A DNA stretch of 64,000 nt from Octopus vulgaris. Its lineage: Eukaryota. The stretch lies in assembly GCA_951406725.2 (NCBI GenBank), contig OX597823.1, forward strand, positions 97,402,001 to 97,466,000. Direction: 5' to 3'. The position numbers were made by a program, and so were the translations under genes. Below, piece after piece: positions 1-13,790 of the stretch (positions are counted from its first letter, which is position 1; each line of letters opens with the position of its first letter). The notes under the pieces are model-generated. The model was not told where the DNA came from. It saw nothing but the letters and a program-made list of their open reading frames with translations, and searched no databases.

Positions 1-95
1 ATTGAAATGCAATAGATCGATACTAGGGTCATAATTATGGGTGACAATTTCATATGACACTGCTAGAAAAACTGCCGTTCAAACCGAAAAGATCC
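1..95 (-). mobile_element. Terminal part of a MITE, same family as 57983-58395, opposite orientation
   Basis: Reverse complement matches the first ~95 bp of the 57983 element; ends in TIR ...CTGCCGTTCAAACCGAAAAGATCC. Confidence 0.8.
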
Positions 96-1204
96 CATTG
101 ATGTACTACATTGCAGTCATAGGCATGGCTGTGAAGTGGGCTTCTTAACTGTGCAGCTATGCTTGCATCTGTATGTGGACAAAATTCTAACCAGTCTGAC
201 TCCTAGTTTTCTAGTTAACTGACCTGCAGATACATATCACTTTGGGATTTCGATTAATCATTCTAAAGTTTACAATAAATTGTTATAATTAATCAAAATT
301 TTAATATGGATGTTAATCTGTGACAGCAATAAGAAAATATTGCATCTTGAATAGTAACTCATTGTAAGTTTTAAACCCAGAGTTTCGACTTAAGTCAGCA
401 TCCTTTTCGTTTCTCTAGTAACAATATCAACAATGAAGCGAAAGAAATCAGTGAATCATACAGTAAATTGTAGATTCACATAACAAGGAGGACACTCTTC
501 ATACACAACGGCGCGACGCATTTTTGTTTTTATCCAAAATACAAAGAAATATAACTCTTCTCTGTTGTTTGGACATATATCTCGATGTTTTAAAAAGTGT
601 GAGAAGTGATATAAATTGAAAATTCTCGCATTTTAATAAAAAAAAACAAACTTCAGTTCAAGAAGTGATTAAACGGAATAAACATACAAAGATGTATTTT
701 CATTAAAAAATCTTCAATAACGGCAGTAATTAACAGATCTTTAAGTTCATAGATCGAGATATTGACACTCATGGTCAAGCAATATAGGGAGAGTATAATT
801 TATTCAAATAAATTAGTTTTTATATCTTTGAGAGATTAAAAAAAAATTATATCTTCTTTTATTGGCTACAAGTGAGCGAAGACAACGTTTTCTTCTGTTT
901 GAAAAGTATATAAAGAATAATCACCCATGTGCGTGAGATTTAGTGTGCAGTAATTCAAGGAAGATTTTCTTTTGCTTTCCCCCCGCCCCCTCGTTGTGGG
1001 AAAGGAAACATTTAAAAAGGATATGGCGAGGAAAATTAACAGAGGCATTAGACAGCAAGTCAAGATCACAAACGAGGAGAGGCTTCGAAGAACCAATGCC
1101 TGAGTCTTGTCATCAAGGGCAGACGAATGTAGCTGGCAGATCATGCCCTACGAATGGATGAAAATATCCCAGCAAGAATTGAAATGACATGGTGATGAGC
1201 TGGT

Positions 1205-1348
1205 GGCAAGTAGCTTGCTTACCAACCACATGGTTCCGGGTTCAGTCCGACTGCGTGGCAACTTGGGCAAGTGTGTTTTACTATAGTTTCGGGCTGACCA
1301 AAGCCTTGTGAGTGGATTTGGTAGACGGAAACTGAAGGAAGCCCGTCG

Positions 1349-1393
<45 letters not shown>

Positions 1394-1603
1394 ATATATA
1401 TACGTTTGTGTGTCTGTGTTTGCCCCCCCCCCCGCATCGCTTGACAACCGATGCTGATGTGATTACGTCCCTGTAACTTAGTGGTTCAGCAAAAGAAACC
1501 GATAGAATAAGTACTAAGCTTACAAATAATAAGTCCTGGGATCGATTTGCTTGACTAAAGGCAGTGCTCCAGCATGGCCACAGTCAAATGACAAGAGTAA
1601 AGA
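1205..1603 (+). mobile_element. tRNA-derived SINE (family A)
   Basis: B-box-like GGTTCAGTCC, internal (TA)n/(TG)n, tail GTAAAGAG; closely similar copies recur through the window. Confidence 0.8.
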
Positions 1604-1830
1604 GGTAGACCAAACCAAACCTGGAGACCCATCTTAAAAGAGGACCTGTGCAACTGTGGCACAAAATAGTTTCAAGCTTCACCTTTTGCTAAAGACAGAG
1701 AAAGATGGAAGAACACAATGGCCCATTGCCACGAGGCTGGAGGAATCAGATGATCGGATATATTTTTCTTTGTCTAGTTTCAGCCTGAAACTAAAGTTAA
1801 TTAGAATACATTATATTAATACATTGTTAA

Positions 1831-1985
1831 TTATCATTGGCCTGTGGAAAGAAGTTGCTTCCCACCATAAGGTCCCAAGTTCAGTCCAACTACATGGCAC
1901 TTTGGGAAAGTGTCTCCTACAAAAGCCCTGGACCAACCAAAGCTTCATGAGTAGATTAGTGGATGGAAACTGAAAGAGGTTCACT

Positions 1986-2030
<45 letters not shown>

Positions 2031-2275
2031 TATAAGCATGTACATGTGAGTGTATTATTGTCACATGCCTTGACATTGCATGGCAGTTGTAAGCATGTGT
2101 CACCATTGTACAAATGATGTCCTTCGTAACCAGACTTCTGTGTCAACATATCTGGTCATGGGGAAATATTACCTTGCTTGGAAACAGGTAAGGGTTGGTG
2201 ACAGGAAGGGCGTCTAACCATGAAAAAATCTCCTTTAACAAATTCCATCTGACACATGCAAGCATGGAAAAAAGA
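1831..2275 (+). mobile_element. Older SINE with family-A head and a different 3' half
   Basis: Diverged family-A head, (CA)n, 3' end resembles the RTE tail (CATGCAAGCATGGAAAA). Confidence 0.55.
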
Positions 2276-2618
2276 CATTTATTTGGTGATGAGGATGAAG
2301 AGGAGAAGGAGATGGATTCACTTCAGTTCATTGTGTGTATTCATGACTTACATGACTTACCTTGTGATCATAACCCAACATGGTAGGACAAATAAAATAG
2401 TAACAAACACAAACATGCAAAATATACTTGTGAGAACCGTGTGGACAAAACAGACATAAATTTCAACAAAGCACATGCAATAGGGGATAAGCAAAATTGG
2501 TAAAGCATTGGACAATTTATCCTGTATATATACATATATATACAAATTATGAGGTGTATATGCCATTTGCCTTGCAGTATTTAGCTTATGATGGCTAGAG
2601 GGAAAAATGTTTGGAATG

Positions 2619-2894
2619 TTTGGGATGACGTCAGCAGCTGGGGAGCTGACCGGAACTTGGGGCTGACCGGAATGGGAAGCAGTGACGCGCGCGCAGGTAG
2701 AGCAGGATTCCGCTTTTCGATCGCGGTCGCTGAGCGGGTAAGATGGATCAGCACGTTGTTATGGTTGGGAGAAGCAGCTGCTATTTCTAGCGTTCGGGTC
2801 GGGCTGTGTTGAAGGGTCCATTACTGCTGAAGGGTCTCCATCTGAGCGAAGAGAAGGTAGGTGCCTTTATTTCCAATCTCTCGCATACACCACA
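2619..2894 (+). repeat. 5' LTR
   Basis: Matches the 3' LTR; starts TTTGGG versus TGTGGG; has an extra copy of a ~17-nt internal repeat; contains TGACGTCA at 2626-2633. Confidence 0.93.
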
Positions 2895-2929
2895 AGCTAT
2901 TTCGGCGCTCCATATAAGACGTCACCACG

Positions 2930-3640
2930 ATGGCAGCGAAAATCAGGATCGCCAGCGACATTATCAGACCCTTTAATGGTGAAGGCAATGTAGTGGCCTG
3001 GATTCGTAAAATCAGGCTGGTGGCAAGACTGCTGGGTATAAGCGATGTGGCAAGTCTTATGACGCTGTATTTGGAAGGGAGCGCGTTGACGCTATATCTT
3101 GAGATGGATGAGGAAGAACGTCTGAGCGAGGAAAAGATAGAGCAACGTCTGAGGGATGCCTACACAGAGTGTGAATACAAAGCTTTTGCTAAGCTGGGTA
3201 CGATTAGATGGATGGGAGGACAGGTGGACGAACATGCGGCAGAAGTTCGAAGGTTAGCGACGCTGGCCGGGTTTACAGGAGAAGGGCTGGAGAGAGCAGC
3301 GCGACTGGCGTTCGTAAATGGGTTCCCCGACGATGTAGAGATTCACCTACAACAATTTCCCGGAAGTAAAAAGATGGCGCTGAGAGAACTTGTGACTCAA
3401 GCCCGCGTGTTGACGCGACACTCTGGGTGGAAGGCGATAGCAATGGCGGTGACGGAGGTGCGTAAAGACGGACGACGACCGGAGAAAGACGTGAAGAAGC
3501 CTACCATGCAACGACAGCGGCCGTTCTCAGGTCGGTGTTTTAGATGTCAGGGTCCGCACATGGCGTGGGAGTGTACGCAACCGGGGCCCGTTTGCTATCG
3601 ATGTAGGCAGACAGGGCACATCGCCCGTGATTGCGACTAG
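2930..3640 (+). CDS. gag: Gag with two Cys/His zinc knuckles; the stop is probably premature
   Basis: 236-aa ORF with CFRCQGPHMAWEC and CYRCRQTGHIARDC. Confidence 0.88.
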   Translation: MAAKIRIASDIIRPFNGEGNVVAWIRKIRLVARLLGISDVASLMTLYLEGSALTLYLEMDEEERLSEEKIEQRLRDAYTECEYKAFAKLGTIRWMGGQVDEHAAEVRRLATLAGFTGEGLERAARLAFVNGFPDDVEIHLQQFPGSKKMALRELVTQARVLTRHSGWKAIAMAVTEVRKDGRRPEKDVKKPTMQRQRPFSGRCFRCQGPHMAWECTQPGPVCYRCRQTGHIARDCD

Positions 3641-6412
3641 GGAAACGACCGCGGGTAAGTTGCTGCCTCTCGAACTTTCCCTGAAAACGAGTAGAGGCGC
3701 TTCTGGAGACGCTGCCATTAATTGATGTGGAGGCCGAGGGGAAGACGTTCAAGGCCCTCGTGGATACGGGCTGCACGACCACCCTTGTGACTTCAAGGGT
3801 GACGAAGAAATGGAACGGGGCAAGTAGCGTCCGGGCGGTCGACGGCAGCGAAATCCGTTGCAGAGACAGCAGCAAGGTAGAGATAGTGGTGCGCGGCGCG
3901 ACGCTAAGGCTGCAGGTAATTGTGGCTGAACGCGTGATAGATGGGGTTGATGTGGTGATGGGGATGGGCACCATCAACCGCCTCGGTGGCATCAGTATTG
4001 TGGGAGATGAGGTCACGTTCGGAAGCGTGGGGGCGTCGTGCACTGCGAGTCAGGATCGCCAGAGAGAGCAGAGCCCCGCGAGGGACTGCGCCGCTTACAC
4101 TATCGAGGACAAAGATTTTCAGGCGGCGTTCGATGGTCAGCGGTGGACGATAGAGTAGTGATGGAAGGACGAGCCCCCGATGCTGAAGAACAGAGTGAGC
4201 TGCTACCAGCATACCCTGAAAGGCCACGCCAGGGTCGAGTTTGAAGACGAGGTCGAGAGGTGGATCGAGGAAGGGGTCCATGTCCCTTGGGAAGAGGAGG
4301 TAGCGGGCGGAGTGCTACCCCTGATGGCGGTGGTGCAGCCTACGAAGGGAAAAGTCAGACCGGTGCTGGACTTCAGGGAGCTAAACCAGCATATATCGTG
4401 TCACACGGGAGGTGAGGCGACGGACGTTTGTCGCGAGACGTTACGTGCGTGGAGACAGTCGACCAAGGCAGCGACGATTGTCGACTTGAAATCGGCATAC
4501 TTGTAGCTCCATGTGAGCGACAAACTGTGGCGATATCAGCTGGTGCGGTACAAGGGCCGGACGTACTGTTTAACCAGGCTGGGTTTCGGGCTGAATTCCG
4601 CTCCGAAGATCATGGCGGCAGTGCTTAAGTCCGTCCTAGGGAAAGACGGCAAGATTAGAAAGGCCACCAGTTCCTACATTGACGATTGATTGCAAAGCCA
4701 CCGGAGTCGATGGTAGGGGGAGCCGCACTGGGGCTGAAGCTGCGAAGAGATAGATCGGGTGAGTTGGTGTTCCGGAGAGGGAATGAAATCCCAGAGCTGA
4801 GTTCCAGCGTCAGCAGGAGAGAGCTGTTCTCGGTGTGTGGGAAGTTGGTCGGTCACTACCCGATCGCTGGATAGCAGCGCACGGCGTGCAGTTACACCAA
4901 GAGACGAACGGAGGGGGAGAGTTGGGGCAACAAGGTGGGAGAATGATGCAGGAAATCCTAGAGAGGACGAGAGCGGAAGACCCGGTCAGGGGGAACTGGT
5001 ACGTGCCCAAGACGGAATGCGAGACCGTTTGGTGTGACGCTAGCAGTATAGCGATAGGGGTTGTGTTGGCAATCGAAGGCGCTGCGGTGGTGGATGCGGC
5101 CTGGCTTCGGAAAGCAGATGACTTCAACCACATCAATGTCGTCGAATTAGAGGCGGTGCTGAAAGGGGTGAACTTGGCCCTGAAATGGGGGCTGCGCCCA
5201 ATTGAAATCCGGACGGATTCGGCCACTGTGCTTGGCTGGGTAGGATCGGTGATCACCGGTGAAAGGAGAGTTCAGACGAAAGGTGCCGCGATGTTGGTGA
5301 AGCACCGTCGAGGAGTTCTAGGAGAATTGATTGCTGAGTTCGGACTGAAGTTGAACGTGGTTTTCGTGCCTTCGGAGAAAAACAGGGCGAACGCAATGAC
5401 CAGGGGGAAAATGGCGTGGTTGGAGGAACCGGAGGAGGCCCGGAAAGGGATAGCTGCGGCGTGTCGGTTGGATGACTCTGAACTGAAGAGACTGCATGCT
5501 ATGCATCACTTGGGTGTGGACAGGACCCTGTATCTGGCGAAGAAAATTGATGCTGACGTCACTAGGAGAAGCATCCGGAAAGTGGTCGGGAGCTGCGACA
5601 GGTGTCAGTCCATTGACCCTGCTCCGTGTGGGCATGATCAGGGAAATCTTTCGGTGGAGCACAACTGGAAAAGGCTAGCTGTGGATGTGACGCACTACCG
5701 TCAAGGAATGTATCTCTCCATGGTCGACTGCGGGCCGGGCCGGCTGGCCATTTCGAGGGAGTTGAGAACGGGCATTGCTGACGAGATTGCGCAGATCTTG
5801 AACGGGATATTTTTAGAGAGAGGTCCCGTGGAAGAACTGCTAATGGACAACGGGGTGGCGTTTCGTTCGGAAGCATTGAGGGATATGCTTGACCGGTGGA
5901 AGGTACGTCGCTTGTTCAGAGCAGCGTATAGGCCGAGCAGTAATGGGATCGTAGAGAGGCACCATCGGACAGTCAAGGCCATAGCGGAAAGAGGGCACAT
6001 TTCGCCGCTTGAAGCAGTTTTTTGGTACAACTTGTCTCCCCGATCCGGTCAAGCTGAAGAATCTGTGCCGCAGAGAGCTGTATTTAAATATGGATGGAGG
6101 CACCCGAGTAAAGCGCCGGAGGGCCACGAGGAAGAGAAGGGACCCGCTTGCGTGAAAATAGGGGAGGAAGTCTGGGTTAAGCCACCAAAGGCGCGCTGTA
6201 CGTCTCAATGGAGCAGAGGAACGGTGACGGTGGTCAATTCCAGAAACAACGTCTCCGTGGGTGGAATACCACGACACGTCTTGGACCTTCGCAGGATTGT
6301 CGCTTCGACGGACGACGATTGTGGAGAGTGGGAGAACGAGGTGCCTAGCTTGAGAAGATCTCGACGCGCAAGGCGTCCTCCCGGTTGGGTGGTGGACTAC
6401 GGCATGGAGTAG
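3640..6412 (+). pseudogene. pol: Disrupted Pol: protease, RT, RNase H, integrase
   Basis: LVDTG protease; RPVLDFRELN and YIDD in RT; WCDAS in RNase H; HxxxH...CxxC and D-D-E integrase; several stops, frameshifts and a deletion after YIDD. Confidence 0.92.
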
Positions 6413-6443
6413 AGAGATTGTGATCTTTAAGATCAGGGTGGCG

Positions 6444-6702
6444 TGTGGGATGACGTCAGCAGCTGGGGAACTGACCGGAAGGGGCAGCAGTGACGCCCGC
6501 GCAGGTAGGGCAGGATTCCGCTTTTCGATCGAGACCGCTGAGCGAGTAAGACGGGTCAGCATGTTGTTATGGTTGGGAGAAGCAGCTGCTATCTCTATCG
6601 TTCGGGTCGGGCTGTGTTGAAGGATCCATTACCGCTGAAGGGTCTCCATCTGAGCGAAGAGAAGGTAGGTGTCCTTATTTCGAATCCCTCGCATACACCA
6701 CA
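6444..6702 (+). repeat. 3' LTR
   Basis: TG...CA boundaries; TGACGTCA at 6451-6458. Confidence 0.93.
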
Positions 6703-6707
6703 GAATG

Positions 6708-8548
6708 ATAAAGGCTATGATGATTTAAATAATTTACATATGGCTATGCTAAAGCACGAGCGTTCTCAAAGGCATATAAAATGTTTGATAGATCTTAAAA
6801 TATTCGGAAATGTTCGCATAGACTTACAATTAGATGCACGTAAAAATCAAAGCATACAATATCATAATGAGAAAGTTAGATGAAACAGATCCATTCTGCA
6901 ATGGTTGATCGATGTTGTTATTTTTTTAGGCCTCCAGGAATTATCGTTTCGGGGTCATTTTGAATCTGAAGACTCTAATAATCGTGGAAATTATAAAGAG
7001 CTCGTATATTTGATCAGTAAATATGACAAAAAAAAAAAATACAGCTTCTATCTTCACCGGTCTGTCAAACAGAATTCAAAATTACTTGATCGAAGCAATT
7101 CATAAAGTTACGTTGAATGAGATGCAGAAGGAAATTGAGCAAGCTAAGTTTGTTTTTATTCTTGTTGATGAGACATCTGATGTCTCAGCATCTTCACAAC
7201 TGTCGACAGTTTTACGTTATGTTACAGAAGACTGTGTGACGAAAGAACGATTTATCGGTTTTAGTGATGTTAGTGCAGATCGATCTGCAAATGCTTTGTC
7301 TGAACATGTTTTTAAATGCATTGAGACGTGAGAATGTGGAAACAAATTGATTGCACAGACATATGAAGGTGCCGCTACAATGGCAGGACAACTAAATGGG
7401 TTACAGGCAAAACTAAGAAAGAAATACGAATGTGCGATCTTTATTCATTGTTGTGCCCATATCCTAAATTTAGTTCTTTCACAATCATGCTCTGCTATGA
7501 AAGAATGCAATATATTTTTTTCTAAATCACCGAAAAGGGCTAATGCATTAGATAACATTGTTAAAAAAAGATTTCCGAAAACAACAGCAACTAGATGGAA
7601 TTACCCCTCATGTCTTATTATTACCACGAAGGAAAATTATAATTTCATAATCAGCCTTTTTGAACACATCATTGAAAATCCTGAAGCATGGGATGATACC
7701 ACCATAAATTCAGCAATTGGATTCTTACACACTTTAAAAGCTCCTGATTTCTTATTTTTGTTAGAAGTATTCAGTGACATTTTTCCTTTTACTGAAGTCT
7801 TATTTAACATACTCCAGAGTAAAAGTCATGACATAGTGTATTGTAAAGAGCAAAGAGATAAAACTAGAACTGTACTCGAAAACAAACTTGATAATTTTTC
7901 AATCTTTTATGATAGGTTAGGGGAAAAATATGGAGTCGATGCAGGAATCGGAATTCAGAGATCCAAGAATATATCTATTGAGCCCCAACGACATTATAGA
8001 ATGCTTTATAACAAAATTATCAGTACAATAGTTGACCAAATAAAAGCACGATATTCATCATTAGAAGAGTTTAAATTCATGGAACTTTTGAATTTCAACA
8101 AAGTTGATGAGTATTGCAAACAATTTTCTGTGGACTCTTTAGATTCTTTAAGAACAACTTATGGCAGATTTTTTGATGTAATACGATTACAAAGTGAGCT
8201 CAATGTGATGTATTCAATGAAAGATTAAAAAAACCAAGTGTAAGTCATTTAATTAGTTACATTAACAGCAGTGATCTTGTTGAAGCTATGCCAGAACTCT
8301 TCAATCTGTGCAAGTTGATTTTGACAATTCCGTCTAGCACTGCTTCTGTAGAGCGATCCTTTTCTGCATTAAGTAGAATTAAAACATACCAAAGAAATGC
8401 GACAGGAGAAAGAAGACTGTCTGGGTTAGCACTAATGTCAATTAAAAAAGATTTATTACAAGAATTGATGAAAAGAGAAGATTTCTATGAAAATGTGATA
8501 GATATATTTGCCCAGAAAGATCGAAGAATTGAATTAATTTATAAATGA
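6708..8548 (+). pseudogene. hAT transposase (ZMYM1-like) remnant, interrupted by the Gypsy element
   Basis: Motifs LSFRGH.E, NRGNYKEL, LVDETSD, IHCCAH.LNL, TRW and TIPSSTASVERSFSAL; in-frame stops and frameshifts. Confidence 0.9.
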
Positions 8549-9506
8549 GGTAAATAACATTTTAAAACATTAAAAAAATTAATATATTAAAGAGCATATA
8601 TTACAGGTTTTTCTTAGTGTTTGTTATAACGTAAGGTTCGACCTTCTTACATCAGTATTGTTTCGCAGGAGAAATGTTTCGATTTCTTCGTCAAACCTAA
8701 CCTACATAGATTTCCCTTTCTGTGCTGCTGGGTGGAGTCTATTTACTGCCGTAAATAAGTGTCTTGTTTCACTTTCAATAAGTGTCTTGTTTCAATCTCA
8801 GAGATGTTGACTTCTGCCACAACAGTTTTGGGAGGCTTTTTACAATGTTGAATTTTCGCTGTCTTTCATTGTGTGTGTATTCATGTATATGAATGTGTGT
8901 GCGTGAGACGTAATCTTTTAATGTACGGAGTTCAGTAAGTCTCAGAACAGTCAATAATTTTCCCTGAATTGACAAGTAGCATGATAAAGCACCTGACTTG
9001 TCTTCGAGAGCGTAACGATCTAAAACCATGGCCATATAATGTAACTAAATGTGTTCTTTTAATTAAATCATTTCAAATTGATTTGGCTCAACCAATAGGT
9101 ATAGGGGCTAATGCAGAATCGCACCTCTTTGAAAAACGAATTTTTGTGAAAATTTTTTTCGGATTCCTACCTTTAATAGAGATTCTGAATATGCAAAAAT
9201 ATTGACAGAATCCAATTTCATCTTTATTACATTTCACTTATGATTTTAGACTTTTCTAAGGGAGAATGAGGATGGGAAAGTACTGACGTTTCGAAGAGCA
9301 AAGAATAATACAAACAATACACTTATTTCAGGCTCATCTCTACACAGCCATTTTTTATTCCCTGTTTATTTTAGGTCATACGGGGGTGATTGCATGTTCA
9401 GAATCTCTTATATGTAAATCGTAGGAATACAAAAATGTTTTACTGAAAAATTGCCGGTGGGGGTGGTGGGGTGGTGGCAATGAAATTCATTGCATGCCCA
9501 ACGCCG

Positions 9507-9526
9507 GAAGTCACCGCACGCCACTG
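9507..9526 (+). repeat. Probable right TIR of the hAT element
   Basis: Reverse complement CAGTGGCGTGCGGTGACTTC resembles a hAT terminus; sharp junction with an RTE-tail fragment. Confidence 0.65.
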
Positions 9527-9983
9527 GCTTCCAGTTGTAGAAACCATGCTGAATCAGACTAGAACCTGGTACAGCTCTCCAGCTTGTCAGCTCCAGTCAA
9601 ACCATCTAACCCATGCCAGCATGGAGAGCAGATGTTAAAATGATGATGATGATACGGTTATTGAAAATAATAATAAATACATTCTTTTAGAAACAATTAT
9701 ATTTAATTAAAATAATTACTTTACATAAGATTGAATATTTGTGGTAATTGGAAGACATTTTGTTCAAGACATTATTTTTCTGGATATTTGAGTATAATTT
9801 TGTTTTCATTTCCCCTCTTATCAGAACTAGAACTACTCTCTCTCTCTCACACACATACACATGTAAATTATGAGGTGCATATATTCTCATACATGCAAAC
9901 AAACACATACACATTAATTATATATATTTTGTAAATATATTATCAACATGCTATTTATTTACAACATAATATCGAATATCAAA

Positions 9984-10121
<138 letters not shown>

Positions 10122-10608
10122 TATTAATATAATATGTTTTAAGGTGCAGTTGAAATATGAAAAGCATTAATGATTAGCATTTACCTGATCTAATTCCCTG
10201 ATTATTCTTGCACCAATCAGGGTATTCAAAAATACAATATTATTATTGTTAGTAATGTTTTCATTCACTCAATATTTCGTTGTTGCTCTGCTGGTATTGG
10301 ATTGCTGAATATCAAGCTGCCTTCTGCCACCTTTGTTATGATTTTTGCTGTGGCAGGCAAACAAGCCAGGGGATACACCTTGATATCCAACATCTTCGAC
10401 CAGCCGTTTTAAACTTCTCACCACTCTTTCTAAGGCACTCATTAGAACTGGGATAATAGTAACATTACAACAATTCCAAATTATCATAATTATTATCATT
10501 CTTCTTCTTCTTCTTCTTCTTATTATTATTATCATTACTTTTTTCATTGAACACGCACACACACAAATATATATATATATATATACACACACATACACAC
10601 ATGCATAT

Positions 10609-10661
<53 letters not shown>

Positions 10662-11093
10662 TATGCACATGTACACACAAGTATAAAGAAATACATATAC
10701 ATACATAAATACCAGCACACATAGACATACACACCCACAAACATATTATATATGTATGTATAACTATACATACACACACATATATATAGAAATATACATA
10801 TACATAAATACACGCACACATACGCACATACATATATATACTTATCATTGTATCATGTATGTGTTCTTTTTATCATACACCTGTTATTGGGTACGTAACC
10901 CTTCAATAAAAAATATCAGCTATAAAAGTCCATCATTGTGCATGTTTTATACAAGTTCCATTTATAAAGTGTTTCTGTGCGTATATATTTGTGTTAGTGT
11001 TATACTTATTGTGTAGCCTAAAGCTGAACGAATGGACATATAGTCATGATTAAGAGCGGTTCCACCTATGACCATCCTATCTATCATTTTTAG

Positions 11094-11127
<34 letters not shown>

Positions 11128-11220
11128 GCACATACACATATATTATTTATATACATTTTCATTAGTCATAAGTGTATATGTATAAAATGTATTTATATAC
11201 ATTTGTTTGTAGATTTATTT

Positions 11221-11276
<56 letters not shown>

Positions 11277-11526
11277 TGTGTGTGTGTTTGTGTGTATGTA
11301 TATGCACATGTATGTGTGTATGTGCATGTGTATATGTGTGTAATTAAATAAACTCTTACATATGTAATATAGTGAATTAAAAAATAACATCTTTGATTAA
11401 TGGATTTTCTCAGCAATAAGTTAAGATGTTGAAAACTTTCTCTTGTGCTTAATATCAAAGCACAAAGGAAAGGAATGCCTTCAATAATATCAACCAATTC
11501 AAAATTGACATGTGCACTTGTGTGCA

Positions 11527-11557
<31 letters not shown>

Positions 11558-11566
11558 CGCACACAC

Positions 11567-11597
<31 letters not shown>

Positions 11598-11702
11598 TAT
11601 ACATATATATATATTTATTTGTGTGTGTGTTCATGAATACAATTGTTTATGCATACAGACAGGCACACACACACACACACACACACTCTCTCTCTCATAC
11701 AT

Positions 11703-11752
<50 letters not shown>

Positions 11753-11882
11753 TTTATGCACATGCAGACTTTGTGCAGCAAAATGAATTTCAAAGTTGGT
11801 ATACAAATGAAAAATCTGGCACAGTGATGTTAATTATTTCTTTTCAGCAGTAGTAAAATGTGAATCTTTGAATTTAATTTTC

Positions 11883-11911
11883 TCACATTCCTGTTTCGTT
11901 CATATAAATAC
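11883..11911 (-). CDS. R3 RPTP terminal coding exon (GIYMNETGM*)
   Basis: Acceptor tttattgcag; phase 1 matches the previous exon; YxN tail motif typical of R3 RPTPs; TGA at 11883-11885. Confidence 0.75.
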
Positions 11912-12581
11912 CTGCAATAAACAAACATTCATGTTATATAATATGTGCACCAATGATAGAAGCAAAGAAGCATCATAAGTTCTGACACAACCATCCCTGT
12001 TGTCAGTTATTGTAAAATCAAGTACAAGTACACTGATGATGCAGTCAAAAGCAAACAAAAAAAAATAAATAAAAAGGAAGATTGTGTTGGAAGATAGGAT
12101 GGAACTTTTGAAAAAAGCATTCAACACTTAAGATCGGATAATATTCAATGTAACTTCAGAACTGGTACAGAAATCAGCTTTAACCCCTTCACTGTGAAAT
12201 TATATTTCATGGTCATTTTAGTAATGATATTAACTATTTAACAAAAATAGAATTGGTATTTTCTGCAAGTCACAGAGCCTGTATAAGCTTGACATATCTC
12301 AACAAAAAATAGTTGCCAACATTCATTCCTCAATAAAACACAGATTGGTATTAAAAATGCTTTCCACATCTAAGGGTTATATCTGCATTCTGGTGAAGCT
12401 TTGTATAACAATATGTATATTCTATTTTCTCAGTGACACAAAATGCATGTTTATTAAAAATATCATATGTGACTTCTGCATAGATAGTTATTCAACAAAT
12501 TCTTGTCCTTGAATATTTTAATAGTAAACTTAAGTTTGATATTGACATCAATAGAGAGAATAGTTTCTCTTGGTCTTGTTC

Positions 12582-12622
<41 letters not shown>

Positions 12623-12967
12623 GGGATAAGAAAGTGAGGCAGATGATGTTGTACAACCCTCCCTTTGTCATGTTACTAATACATTATGTCACATATCAAA
12701 GATTATGTTATTTTGTAGTTGAAGAACAAGATATAGTTACTAATTACAAGATGAACAAGGAAGTTAGAAAAGCCCCTAATATCCAAGATGCAGCTAAAAC
12801 TGTTATGTCATATTTTTGCGGAAAACATTATACTTATAATGAGCAGAACTCTCCACCTCTTTCCTAAATAGCACCAAAGTAGTATGAGCTTGCTAAAAAT
12901 AGTATGCAATCCCATCAAAACAAAGGACCACCTAGGGTGAAGTATTTAAAATATTATTACTTGAAAC

Positions 12968-13790
12968 ATGAAACATAAAACATGGGCCATAACTGCTGAG
13001 GACATGCGTAAGCTTGCAAGATATGAAGCCAGTATGTTCCACTGGATGTGTAATGTTAGTGTTCATACTCAACAGAGTGTAAGTGCCTTGAGAGTAAAGT
13101 TGGACCTAAGAAGCATCAGATGTGGTGTGCAAGAGAGAATGGATGTGGTGAGAATGGATGAAGATAGCTGTGTGAAAAAGTGTCACACCCTAGCGGTTAA
13201 GGGAACCTGTGGAAGAGGTAGACCCAGGAAGACCTGGGATGAGGTGGTGAAGCACAAGCTTCGAACATTAGGCCTCACTGAGTCAATGACTAGTGACTGA
13301 GATCTTTGGAAATATGCTGTGCATGAGAAGACCTGGCAAGCTAAGTGAGACCTTATCCCATGTCCTATGCCAGTGGTGTAACCAGCCCACTTATGCGTAC
13401 CTTTCTTTCATTGGACTCTAAACTCTGCTTGTAAAGACCTGTTGAGGCAAGTGAAATCGAAATCAAATTCGATGACAGCACCGCATGACTGGCATCCGTG
13501 CCAGTGGAGCACAATTCGAGCGAGGTTGCTGCCAGTGCTGCTGGTCTGGCTCCTGTGCAGGTGGCACGTAAAAAACACCATTTGAGCATGGTCATTGCCA
13601 GTACTATCTGATTGGCACGTAAAAGCACCCACTACACTCTCAGAGTGGTTGGTGTTAGGAAGGGCATCCAGCTGTAGAAACTCTGACATCAAGATTGGAG
13701 CCTGGTGCAGCCATCTGGTTCGCCAGTCCTCAGTCAAACCATCCAACCCATGCCAGCATGGGAAGAGGACGTTAAACGATGATGATGATT
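12968..13790 (+). mobile_element. RTE LINE 3' fragment
   Basis: TWAITAEDMRKL...GRGRPRKTWDEVV; 3' UTR; (GAT)n tail. Confidence 0.85.

Larger units (their letters stand above)
2619..6702 (+). mobile_element. Full-length decayed Ty3/Gypsy LTR retrotransposon
   Basis: Direct LTRs 2619-2894 and 6444-6702 (both end CACCACA); 5-bp TSD GAATG at 2614-2618 and 6703-6707; domain order gag-PR-RT-RH-IN. Confidence 0.95.

Noticed and set aside
943-1200. Coding-like segment upstream of the first SINE
   Set aside because: Contains stops and no motif I can identify; left unannotated
3540-6562. Long antisense ORFs over the Gypsy element
   Set aside because: Expected shadow ORFs in GC-rich coding sequence, with no recognisable motifs
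10269-11853. Many ORFs rich in YI/HT/CV repeats; also near 14000, 32100 and 57300
   Set aside because: Translations of (TA)n and (CA)n microsatellites, not genes
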